Source: Deltaproteobacteria bacterium TL4
GTDB lineage: Bacteria > SAR324 > NAC60-12
Assembly (NCBI GenBank): GCA_051382335.1
Contig: JBBCAX010000142.1
Span: forward strand, 1-19,113
DNA length: 19,113 nucleotides
Direction: 5' to 3'
Each line of letters opens with the position of its first letter. Position 1 is the first letter of the stretch. Made by a program: the position numbers and the translations under genes. This document shows, one piece after another, positions 1 through 8,411 of the stretch. Under the pieces are notes generated by a model, which saw only the letters and a list, made by a program, of their open reading frames with translations, made no database searches and had not been told where the DNA came from.

Positions 1-980
1 ATCTGGACGTCTATACCATTTTGAGTACAGGGTTTTCAACCCGTTTTGGATTCACTCAAAATGAAGTCACTCAAATATTCAAAGATTTTGAATTGAGTGA
101 CCAGCAAGAACAAGCTCAGGCCTGGTACAACGGTTATGTCTTTGGCAAGGAGGTCATGTATAATCCCTGGTCCGTTTTGAACTTTGTTGACAAAAGCATT
201 GATGGTTTTCGCCCTTATTGGATCAACACCGGCAGTAACGAGATGCTGAGGGAGTTGATGCTTGAAAAGAATCAATCGCTCAAACCTCAGATAGAACAAC
301 TGCTCAAGGGCGAAACCATTTCCACGCATCTGGATGAAAACATCGTCTTGAGGGATATGGAGAAAAGTGCCCTGAGTGTGTGGAGTTTGCTCGTCTTCAG
401 CGGCTATTTGAAACCGGTCCATGTGCGGCGACAAGGCTATAGGGATATTTATGAACTGGCCATTCCCAATACGGAAGTGCGGTTATTTTTTGAAGACTCC
501 GTCCAGCAATGGCTCTCGTTTCAAGTCGGAGATCAACGGTTAGCGCAATTGCAGCGAGCTTTAATGGGAGAAGACATCAAAACCTTTGGGAAATTATTGA
601 AAGAAATGGTACTTGCGGTGTTGAGTTATCATGATACTGCCGGAGATGCTCCCGAACGAGTGTATCATGCTTTTGTCTTGGGACTTTTGGTACACCTTCA
701 ACATCGTTATGAGATTCGGTCTAATCAGGAATCAGGCTATGGCCGTTATGATGTATCGATGAAACCGCGCCAGGTCACTGAAACAGGATTTGTGTTTGAG
801 TTTAAAAAAATCGACGAAGATGACGATAAAACCCACGAGCTTGCAATGCAGAGCGCCCTGACGCAAATTCAGGAAAAAAAGTATGCCACCGAATTACGAA
901 ATGCCGGAGTTCAAAAGGTTCTGGGCATCGGCGTTGTGGTAGAAGGCAAACAAATATGGGTGGAATCCCTTGAACTGTAA
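1..980 (+). CDS. AAA-ATPase-like protein with C-terminal PD-(D/E)XK nuclease domain (PF09820/PF08011-type), 5' truncated by the window edge
   Basis: The frame is open from base 3 (LDVYTIL...). It is collinear with 7393..8372 at offset 7392, so the true start would lie ~700 bp upstream; the ORF-track start at 21 is a TTG artefact. Family motifs WYNGY, YNPWS, YWINTGS and the nuclease motif ESGYGRYD...FEFK...ALTQIQEKKY are present. Confidence 0.9.
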   Translation, partial: LDVYTILSTGFSTRFGFTQNEVTQIFKDFELSDQQEQAQAWYNGYVFGKEVMYNPWSVLNFVDKSIDGFRPYWINTGSNEMLRELMLEKNQSLKPQIEQLLKGETISTHLDENIVLRDMEKSALSVWSLLVFSGYLKPVHVRRQGYRDIYELAIPNTEVRLFFEDSVQQWLSFQVGDQRLAQLQRALMGEDIKTFGKLLKEMVLAVLSYHDTAGDAPERVYHAFVLGLLVHLQHRYEIRSNQESGYGRYDVSMKPRQVTETGFVFEFKKIDEDDDKTHELAMQSALTQIQEKKYATELRNAGVQKVLGIGVVVEGKQIWVESLEL

Positions 981-1019
981 ATTTCATCAATTCCTTGAAA
1001 CACTAGCAGAGTTAAAAAT

Positions 1020-4000
1020 ATGACACACCTCCCCAACTATGAAATCAAAGAACAACTCTACGAAAGCGACCACTCCACAGTCTATCGAGCCACTCGAACC
1101 ACCGACAGCACCCCGGTGATTCTCAAGGTGTTGAAAGGCGATGCTCCCACCCTCAATGAAATGGCCAAGTTTCGCAGGGAGTATGAGATCACCCGAGGCT
1201 TTGCAGGCGAGGGCATTGTCAAAACGCATGGTCTTGAATCCGAAGGGAACCGCCTCACCATGATCCTGGAAGATTTTGGAGGAGATTCGCTTTCACGGAT
1301 TCTCCAGACCCGACCGTTGGAACTCACCGAAACCTTGTCCCTGATGGAACGGATCGCCGGAGTGTTGGCGAGAGTGCATCAGCGCAACGTGATGCACAAG
1401 GACATCAATCCCTCGAATATCGTCTGGAACCAGGCAACCGACGAGGTGAAGCTGATTGATTTCGGCATTTCGGTTGAACTGCCGCGTGAAACCCCGTCTG
1501 TCCGTAATCCCAACGTCATGGAAGGCACTCTGCCCTACATGTCTCCGGAGCAGACAGGGCGCATGAACCGCTCTATGGATTACCGCACCGACTTGTATTC
1601 GCTCGGCGTCACGCTCTACGAACTGCTTACCGGAAGGCGTCCCTTTGTGGCCAATGACGCGATGGAAATGGTACATTGCCATCTTGCCGTTGTTCCGGCT
1701 GCGCCGGATCTGGGGAATGGGGAATGGGGAATAGGGAATAGGCCTGAAATGCTGATTCGTGCTATTTCCGACATTGTCATGAAGCTCCTTTCTAAAAACG
1801 CTGAAGACCGTTACCAAAGCGCCTTTGGACTCCAGTATGATTTGCGAAAATGTCTTGATCTCCTCGTAGGTTGGGTAGAGCAAAGCGAAACCCAACACTC
1901 CCTAATCCCCACCCCCCATTCCCCATTCCCTCTTTTCTCGCTTGGCGAGAAAGACATCTCCGAACGATTCCAGATTCCGGAAAAACTCTATGGCCGTGAG
2001 GCTGAACGCGAAATCCTGCTCCAGACCTTCGACAGAGCCAGCCGTGGCGAAAAAGAAATGTTGTTGGTTTGCGGGAAATCCGGTGTGGGAAAATCGGCCT
2101 TGGTGCATGAAATCCACAAACCCATCACGGCTCGCAGAGGGTATTTCATTTCAGGAAAGTTTGATCAGTTCAAACGTGAGATTCCCTACGAATCGCTGGC
2201 ATACTCGTTCGGAAGTCTCATGCGTCAGCTCGCGAGCGCTGATGAAGCCGAATGTGCCGCTTATCGGGAACGTCTCCTCAAGGCGCTGGGACCGAATGGA
2301 CAAGTGATCCTTGATATCATCCCGGAAACCCAATGGATCATTGGTCCCCAACCTCCCGCGAACAAACTTCAGCCCACGGAGGCGCAGAACCGTCTGCATT
2401 ATGTGTTTCAGAATTTCGTGCGTGCCCTGGCGACTCCGGAACGTCCGCTGGCGATTTTCCTGGACGACCTGCAATGGGCAGATTCCGCATCCCTGAATCT
2501 TATTCGTCAGTTCATGAGCGACTCACAGGCGCATTATCTCTTTTTCATCGGAGCCTACCGGGATAATGAGGTGGATTCCGGTCATCCGTTTATCACCCTG
2601 CTGGAAGAACTGAAGAAGAAAGAGGTCTCGATTCATACGCTGTCCCTTGATCCGTTGCCCCTGGACGCCGTGCATGAATTGCTTGCCGATACCCTGAATC
2701 GTGACAAGGAGGAATTACGAAGCCTCGCAGAAATCTGCTTTCGCAAAACTGAAGGCAATCCCTTCTTTCTCGAACAATTTCTGCGAACCCTCTACGTGGA
2801 TCGCCTCATTGATTTCAACATCGAACAACGGCGCTGGGACTGGAATGAAGCGGGCATTCGCAGTGCGAAGATCACCAACAATGTCGTGGAGTTGATGGTT
2901 AAAAAAATCAACGCCCTTTCCACAAATACCTGCCAGGCACTCCAACTGGCCGCTTGTGTGGGTAACCATTTCGACCTGCAAACGTTGGCGGTGATTGTTG
3001 AAAAAGACGAACAGACCACGGCGGAAGCACTCTGGGAAGCGTTGCAGGAGGGGTTGATTCTGCCGATAGACGATTCCTGGAAATGGGTTGGATTTCAGCA
3101 GGAAAAACAACTTAGCGAAACCCCAGCGTCGGAAAGCAATCCTGAATATCGCTTTGTCCATGATCGAGTCCAGCAGGCCGCCTATTCTCTCATCCCGGAG
3201 GATCAACGACAGCAAGCTCACCTGCGCATTGGTCGGCTCATGCTGGAAAACTGCCGGAAGGCTCAGGATGAAAAACAAGCGATCAAGGAACAGATTTTTG
3301 ACATCATCAATCATCTGAATCAGGGATTGACACTGCTTCAACAGCCTGAGGAAAGAGAACAACTCGCCCGACTGAATTTACAGGCAGGGCAAAAAGCCAA
3401 AGCGTCATCAGCGTTTAAACCCTGCTTTCACTATTTGCAAACCGGATTGGGTCTGTTGTCCGAAAACGCTTGGGAGGAACGCTATGAACTCGCTCTGGAA
3501 TTGACGATGGAAGCAACGGAGGGGGCTTTGCTGACAGCACAATACGACCTGATGCACCAATGGGCAGAGAGGATACTGAACCATGCCAAAGAAGCGCTGA
3601 ATCAGGCAAAAGTATATGAACTTTTTGTAAGAGCCTACGCTTTTCAGGCCAATCGACCGGCATCTGTGGAGGCTGCCTTAAAAGGGCTTGCACTGCTGGA
3701 TGTTCATTTTCCCAAGAATCCAACCGCACTTCATGTGCTGTTCTCAATTCTAAAAACAGAAAGGATGTTTCCTGAAAATCTGGACTCTCTGTTGGAAATC
3801 CATGAGATGAACGATCCCCGTTTGCTACAGGCCATGAGGCTTATAACCTATGTGGCAGCCTCTGTTTTTTTATATTCTCCCAATCTGACTGTTCTTCTGT
3901 ATAATCGCCGGGTTCAATTTTCACTCAGGTATGGCGTCTGTTCGTCAACGCCAGTATCCTATTTGGGTTATAGCATCATTTTATGTGGCGTGTTGGGAAA

Positions 4001-6677
4001 AATCGAGAGTGGCTATCGCCTGGGAAAGTTTGCGGCACAGTTAGAGACCAGGCTGGAAGATAAGGAATTTCTGGGACGTTCGATCCATGTAAATATCTTT
4101 TTCATTAAACACTGGAAAGAAAACTGGCGAACGGTGGCATCTCCGCTGGCTCAAGTCCATCAGTTAGCAAGAGAAGCCGGGGACCTGGAATATGCCGGCA
4201 TGGCTCTTGTTGCAAAGCATTGGTATCTCTTTTTTGGAAATGCTGAGCTTTTGGAATTGGAAAGGCAGTTGGCTCAGGCCGAGGCTGTTTGTCGTGAATT
4301 AGGGCAGAAAGGGGTACTGGTTTTTTTTGCAAATTTGCGGCAAACCATTGGAAGATTCACAGGGAAAAGAGAAAATTGTTACCGTGAACTGACAGGCAGT
4401 GATGACATCAGCCTGATCTTGCCATATTTAGAACAAAACGCCGATTCTCTTGCTTTGCTTCAATACCTTTTTTTAGTTCATTCCGTGTGTGCATATTTTT
4501 TCGAGAATTTCAGCGACTCGTTGCACCATATCAGGATCGCTAAAAGATACCTATTCATTGCCAATTCCCTGGCTGCAAAACCCCTCTTCTATTTCTACGA
4601 TTCCCTGATCCGCCTCGCCTGCTATGCGGACACTCCCTTCTGGAAACGCCCTCTGACCTTGCTTCGTGTCTCGTTGAATCAGCGCAAGATGAAGCATTGG
4701 GCTAAATTTGGTCCGATGAATCTGCTGCACAAGTGGTATCTGGTGGAGGCGGAAAAAGCGAGGGTTATGGGGAAAGACAGCCTGGCAATGGAGTATTACG
4801 ATAAGTCCATCGAAAAAGCCGCAGAGAACGGTTATGTCTGGGAAGAAGCCCTGGCGTATGAACTCGCCGCCAAATTTTACCTCACGCAGGGCAGAACCCT
4901 GATTGCCCAAACCTACATGATCGAAGCCCGTTCCCGTTATCAACGCTGGGGCGGAACAGCCAAAGTCAAACACCTGGATGAGACCTGGCCTCAGCTTTTG
5001 AAGCCAGCCGAGTCCAAGGAAAAAATACAGGAACCCACTACGATCACCCAAACAACTTTTACGACCACGGGCACTCTGAACAGAACCTCCACGGCCACCT
5101 CCACCGGAAAATCCGACGCGCTGGATCTCACCTCGGTGATGAAAGCGTCTCAAGCGATTTCCGGAGAAATCCAACTGGAAACGCTGTTGAAAAAGATGAT
5201 GCGCCTCATGATCGAAAACGCCGGAGCGGATCAGGGAATATTGTTGCTGGAACGCAATGGAGAATGGTTTATTGAAGCTTGTTCAAGGAATGAGGAATGG
5301 GGAGTTGTTGGGGCTACTGGTCTAAGATGGGACACTGCAAACACCTCGTTCCCACGCTCCCGCGTGGGAATGCCTGATGGGGCGCTCCTGCGCCCTGCAC
5401 CGCTTTGCGGTGCAATCATAGATTACCGTGGAGAACAGGGGAATGAGATAACGAATTCACTTAACAAGGCGCAGGAGCGCCGAATCCAGCATTCCCACGC
5501 AGGAGCGTGGGAACGAGAAAAACTGTCCGGTCTTAGGCCAGTAGTTGAAAGTGGGGAGTTTGGAGTGAAAAGTGGAGACGTGCCCCAATCCCTGATTCAA
5601 TATGTCATTCGCACCAAGGAATCCGTATTACTGAATGATGCGGCTCAGGAAAATCAATTCAGTGCTGATCCCTATTGGGTGGAGCATCATCCCAAGTCGA
5701 TTTTATGCGCGCCGATTCTCCATCAAGGAAAACTCATCGGAATAGGCTATCTGGAAAACAATCTCACCCCCGGAGCCTTCACCCCAGATCGGCTGGAAGT
5801 CTTGCGATTGCTTTCCTCCCAGGCCGCGATTTCGCTGGAAAACGCCTTGCTCTACAGCAACCTCGAACAGCGGGTGGAAGAACGCACCCTGGAATTATCC
5901 CAGGCCTTGGAGTATTTGAAAACGACCCAGAATCAGTTGGTGGAAAGTGAGAAGATGGCATCCCTTGGGGGATTGGTGGCTGGTGTAGCTCATGAGATCA
6001 ACACGCCGTTGGGCGTGGGCGTGACGGCGGCTTCCAACCTGCACGCCGAAGTGGAAAATTTCATGGAGATGTACCAAAAGAGTAGTCTCAAGAAATCGCA
6101 GTTGGAGGATTTTTTCCAGGTGGTTCAGGAATCGAGCGATATTCTGCTGACCAACCTCCAGCGAGCCGCGGAACTGGTGCAGAGTTTCAAGAAAGTAGCT
6201 GTGGATCGAACCAGCGACAATCGGCAAACCTTCAAAGTTCGGGAATACCTGGAGGAAGTGCTGCGCAGTCTGCATCCGCAGTTGAAAAAGACGAAACATC
6301 AAATCGAGATTGAATGTGACGAAGAGGTGACGCTGGAAAGTTATCCCGGAGAGTTTTCCCAGATCGTCACGAATCTTGTCATGAATTCCCTGATCCATGC
6401 CTTTGATGAAGGCGACGAGGGCACCCTTCGGTTTGAGATCACCCAGAATCCAAAACAGTTGCAACTGATCTACCGTGACAACGGCAAAGGCATTCCCCCG
6501 GAACATCTCCCCAAAATCTTTGATCCGTTCTTCACCACCAAACGCGCCAAAGGCGGCACCGGCCTGGGATTACACATTGTTTACAACATTGTTACCCAAA
6601 AACTCGGAGGAACCATTCGCTGTGAAAGTGAGGTGGGAAAGGGAACCACCTTTATCATAACGTTGAGGACAAACTGA
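1020..6677 (+). CDS. HstK-type multidomain sensor: Ser/Thr kinase - AAA/P-loop NTPase - helical/TPR-like region - GAF - histidine kinase (1885 aa)
   Basis: Hanks kinase motifs [30 protein letters not shown]. Walker A GKSGVGKS and Walker [22 protein letters not shown] motif. GAF (ENAGA...PKSILCAPI...YLENN). H-box AHEINTPLG; HATPase boxes [27 protein letters not shown]. Confidence 0.93.
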   Translation: MTHLPNYEIKEQLYESDHSTVYRATRTTDSTPVILKVLKGDAPTLNEMAKFRREYEITRGFAGEGIVKTHGLESEGNRLTMILEDFGGDSLSRILQTRPLELTETLSLMERIAGVLARVHQRNVMHKDINPSNIVWNQATDEVKLIDFGISVELPRETPSVRNPNVMEGTLPYMSPEQTGRMNRSMDYRTDLYSLGVTLYELLTGRRPFVANDAMEMVHCHLAVVPAAPDLGNGEWGIGNRPEMLIRAISDIVMKLLSKNAEDRYQSAFGLQYDLRKCLDLLVGWVEQSETQHSLIPTPHSPFPLFSLGEKDISERFQIPEKLYGREAEREILLQTFDRASRGEKEMLLVCGKSGVGKSALVHEIHKPITARRGYFISGKFDQFKREIPYESLAYSFGSLMRQLASADEAECAAYRERLLKALGPNGQVILDIIPETQWIIGPQPPANKLQPTEAQNRLHYVFQNFVRALATPERPLAIFLDDLQWADSASLNLIRQFMSDSQAHYLFFIGAYRDNEVDSGHPFITLLEELKKKEVSIHTLSLDPLPLDAVHELLADTLNRDKEELRSLAEICFRKTEGNPFFLEQFLRTLYVDRLIDFNIEQRRWDWNEAGIRSAKITNNVVELMVKKINALSTNTCQALQLAACVGNHFDLQTLAVIVEKDEQTTAEALWEALQEGLILPIDDSWKWVGFQQEKQLSETPASESNPEYRFVHDRVQQAAYSLIPEDQRQQAHLRIGRLMLENCRKAQDEKQAIKEQIFDIINHLNQGLTLLQQPEEREQLARLNLQAGQKAKASSAFKPCFHYLQTGLGLLSENAWEERYELALELTMEATEGALLTAQYDLMHQWAERILNHAKEALNQAKVYELFVRAYAFQANRPASVEAALKGLALLDVHFPKNPTALHVLFSILKTERMFPENLDSLLEIHEMNDPRLLQAMRLITYVAASVFLYSPNLTVLLYNRRVQFSLRYGVCSSTPVSYLGYSIILCGVLGKIESGYRLGKFAAQLETRLEDKEFLGRSIHVNIFFIKHWKENWRTVASPLAQVHQLAREAGDLEYAGMALVAKHWYLFFGNAELLELERQLAQAEAVCRELGQKGVLVFFANLRQTIGRFTGKRENCYRELTGSDDISLILPYLEQNADSLALLQYLFLVHSVCAYFFENFSDSLHHIRIAKRYLFIANSLAAKPLFYFYDSLIRLACYADTPFWKRPLTLLRVSLNQRKMKHWAKFGPMNLLHKWYLVEAEKARVMGKDSLAMEYYDKSIEKAAENGYVWEEALAYELAAKFYLTQGRTLIAQTYMIEARSRYQRWGGTAKVKHLDETWPQLLKPAESKEKIQEPTTITQTTFTTTGTLNRTSTATSTGKSDALDLTSVMKASQAISGEIQLETLLKKMMRLMIENAGADQGILLLERNGEWFIEACSRNEEWGVVGATGLRWDTANTSFPRSRVGMPDGALLRPAPLCGAIIDYRGEQGNEITNSLNKAQERRIQHSHAGAWEREKLSGLRPVVESGEFGVKSGDVPQSLIQYVIRTKESVLLNDAAQENQFSADPYWVEHHPKSILCAPILHQGKLIGIGYLENNLTPGAFTPDRLEVLRLLSSQAAISLENALLYSNLEQRVEERTLELSQALEYLKTTQNQLVESEKMASLGGLVAGVAHEINTPLGVGVTAASNLHAEVENFMEMYQKSSLKKSQLEDFFQVVQESSDILLTNLQRAAELVQSFKKVAVDRTSDNRQTFKVREYLEEVLRSLHPQLKKTKHQIEIECDEEVTLESYPGEFSQIVTNLVMNSLIHAFDEGDEGTLRFEITQNPKQLQLIYRDNGKGIPPEHLPKIFDPFFTTKRAKGGTGLGLHIVYNIVTQKLGGTIRCESEVGKGTTFIITLRTN
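1712..1742 (+). repeat. Heptamer tandem repeat (RGGGAAT)x4, STRR-like, in frame in the kinase domain ([10 protein letters not shown])
   Basis: ggggaat ggggaat ggggaat agggaat agg read directly. Confidence 0.9.
1866..1897 (+). repeat. GTAG-type REP, in frame ([11 protein letters not shown])
   Basis: GTAG + GTTGGGT...ACCCAAC hairpin (gtaggttgggtagagcaaagcgaaacccaaca). Related copies at 9258 and 12442/12538. Confidence 0.8.
1897..1931 (-). repeat. Degenerate heptamer array (ATTCCCC-like)x5, reverse complement of the 1712 array, in frame ([11 protein letters not shown])
   Basis: actccct aatcccc acccccc attcccc attccct. Confidence 0.85.
5312..5546. mobile_element. MITE-like shell A (23-bp TIRs) inserted in frame in the GAF domain of kinase 1, enclosing a REP doublet
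   Basis: Left TIR ggctactggtctaagatgggaca (5312..5334) matches right TIR tgtccggtcttaggccagtagtt (5524..5546) at 18/23. Same length and motif spacing (CTAC-N5-TAAG-N3-GRACA) as the TIRs at 18838..18989. No clean target duplication. Confidence 0.72.
5345..5517 (-). repeat. CTCGTTCCCACG-type REP doublet (173 bp), inverted copy of the element at 13927..14077
   Basis: Arms ctcgttcccacgctcccgcgtgggaatgc-N7-ggcgctcctgcgcc and its reverse complement. Internal hairpin tgcaccgc-ttt-gcggtgca (5396..5414). 49-bp unique spacer. Confidence 0.92.
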
Positions 6678-6680
6678 AAA

Positions 6681-6685
6681 AGGAG
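6681..6685 (+). promoter_or_regulatory. Shine-Dalgarno (AGGAG) for the CDS at 6693
   Basis: AGGAG 7 nt before the ATG. The same AAGGAGAAA precedes the paralog at 19011 and the ATPase at 17240. Confidence 0.8.
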
Positions 6686-6692
6686 AAATGGT

Positions 6693-8372
6693 ATGAAAGT
6701 TAAATCATCGATAGGATTATCTGATTTTAAGGAACTCATTCAGAAACATTATTATTATGTGGATAAAAGCCTGATGATTCAGGAACTCCTGGAAAAAGGT
6801 TCTAAAATCATCCTGCTTCCCCGTCCCCGTCGTTTTGGCAAGACGTTGAACCTCTCCATGCTGCGATATTTTTTTGAAAAGACGGAAGACAGCAACGCTC
6901 CCCTGTTTCATGGATTGGCGGTGGAACAGATTCCTGAAATCATGGAGCATCAGGGGAAATATCCGGTTCTGTTTTTAACCTTTAAGGATATTAAAGAAAA
7001 TAGCTGGGAGAATTGTTTTGCCGCAATTCAACGTTTGATAGCGGATCTGTATAAACAGCATAAACCTTTTCTCTATGAAGCTCTCGATTCTGACGAACGC
7101 CCCCTTTTCGATGAAATTATAAAACAAACCTCTAATCCATCCAGTCTCGAAGCAGGATTGAAATTTTTGATGAATGTGATGAAACGGGTTTATCAAAAAA
7201 ATGTGATTGTCCTCATCGATGAATATGACGTTCCGATTCATGCGGGATATCAGCATGAATATTATGACCGCGTAGTTTTGTTGATCCGGAATCTCCTCAG
7301 TGCCGCCTTCAAAGATAACTCTGATTTGGAAAAAGGGGTCTTGACCGGAATTCTGAAAATCGCGAAAGAGTCCATTTTTTCCGGGCTCAATAACCTGGAT
7401 GTCTATACTATTTTGAGTACAGGGTTTTCCACCCGTTTTGGATTCACTCAAAATGAAGTCACTCAAATATTTAAAGATTTTGAATTGAGCGATCAGCAAG
7501 AACAAGCTCAGGCCTGGTATAATGGTTATCTCTTTGGTAAGGAGGTCATGTATAATCCCTGGTCCGTTTTGAACTTTGTTGACAAAAGTATTGATGGCTT
7601 TCGCCCTTATTGGATCAACACCGGAAGCAATGAGATGCTGAGGGAGTTGATGCTTGAAAAGAATCAATCTCTCAAACCTCAGATAGAACAACTGCTCAAT
7701 GGCGGAACCATTTCCACGCCTCTGGATGAAAACATCGTCTTGAGGGATATGGACAAAAGTGCCCTGAGCGTCTGGAGTTTGCTCGTCTTCAGCGGCTATT
7801 TGAAACCTGTCAAAGTACAGCGGCAAGGCTATAGGGATATTTATGATCTCGCCATTCCCAACGCGGAAGTGCGGTTATTTTTTGAAGACTCCGTCCAGCA
7901 ATGGCTCTCGTTTCAAGTGGGGGATCAACGTTTAGCGCAATTATTAAAATCTCTGGTAGAAGAAGACATCGAAACGTTTGGGGATGTTTTACAGGATATT
8001 GTTTTGAGTGTATTGAGTTTTCATGACTCTGCTGGAAATGAACCGGAGCGTGTCTATCATACCTTTGTTTTGGGATTACTCGTCCATTTATCGAACCGCT
8101 ATATCATCCATTCCAACCATGAATCCGGTTACGGACGTTATGACATGACGATGACTCCTCGTGATTCTTCGCAAACAGGGTTTATTTTTGAATTCAAGAA
8201 AATCCACGCTAAAAAAGAAAACACTCACGAGCTTGCGATGCAGAGCGCCTTCAAGCAAATTCAGGAAAAAAAGTATGCCACGGAATTACGAAATGCCGGA
8301 GTGCAAAAGGTTCTGGGAATCGGCGTTGTGGTGGAAGGCAAACAACTATGGGTAGCATCCCTTGAACTGTAA
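6693..8372 (+). CDS. AAA-ATPase-like protein with C-terminal PD-(D/E)XK nuclease domain (PF09820/PF08011-type), 559 aa
   Basis: N-terminal IGLSDF...YYVDKS, Walker A RPRRFGKT, Walker B VLIDEYD, LTGILKIAKESIFSGLNN, and C-terminal ESGYGRYD...FEFK. Good RBS. Confidence 0.93.
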   Translation: MKVKSSIGLSDFKELIQKHYYYVDKSLMIQELLEKGSKIILLPRPRRFGKTLNLSMLRYFFEKTEDSNAPLFHGLAVEQIPEIMEHQGKYPVLFLTFKDIKENSWENCFAAIQRLIADLYKQHKPFLYEALDSDERPLFDEIIKQTSNPSSLEAGLKFLMNVMKRVYQKNVIVLIDEYDVPIHAGYQHEYYDRVVLLIRNLLSAAFKDNSDLEKGVLTGILKIAKESIFSGLNNLDVYTILSTGFSTRFGFTQNEVTQIFKDFELSDQQEQAQAWYNGYLFGKEVMYNPWSVLNFVDKSIDGFRPYWINTGSNEMLRELMLEKNQSLKPQIEQLLNGGTISTPLDENIVLRDMDKSALSVWSLLVFSGYLKPVKVQRQGYRDIYDLAIPNAEVRLFFEDSVQQWLSFQVGDQRLAQLLKSLVEEDIETFGDVLQDIVLSVLSFHDSAGNEPERVYHTFVLGLLVHLSNRYIIHSNHESGYGRYDMTMTPRDSSQTGFIFEFKKIHAKKENTHELAMQSAFKQIQEKKYATELRNAGVQKVLGIGVVVEGKQLWVASLEL

Positions 8373-8411
8373 ATCTCATAAACTCCTTGAACCTATAGCG
8401 GAATGAACAAT

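Noticed and set aside
1059..1090. Missing glycine-rich loop and non-RD catalytic loop (HKDINPSN) suggesting a pseudokinase
   Set aside because: This pattern is usual for HstK-type kinases; the catalytic Lys, Asp, Asn and DFG are intact.
5315..5543. IS630-type interpretation of shells A and C (TA duplication within CTAG)
   Set aside because: Formally possible, but shell C has a clear 8-bp flanking duplication outside the GGCTAC/GTAGCT ends, so the IS family was left unassigned.
5280..5582. Intein or self-splicing intron in the GAF domain
   Set aside because: The segment starts with Cys but has no C-terminal His-Asn plus Cys/Ser/Thr junction, is too short, and is fully explained by repeats; no group I/II intron core recognised.
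551..8222. Diversity-generating retroelement TR/VR pair to explain the variable blocks
   Set aside because: Differences are not confined to adenines, both copies are coding, and no reverse transcriptase is in the window.
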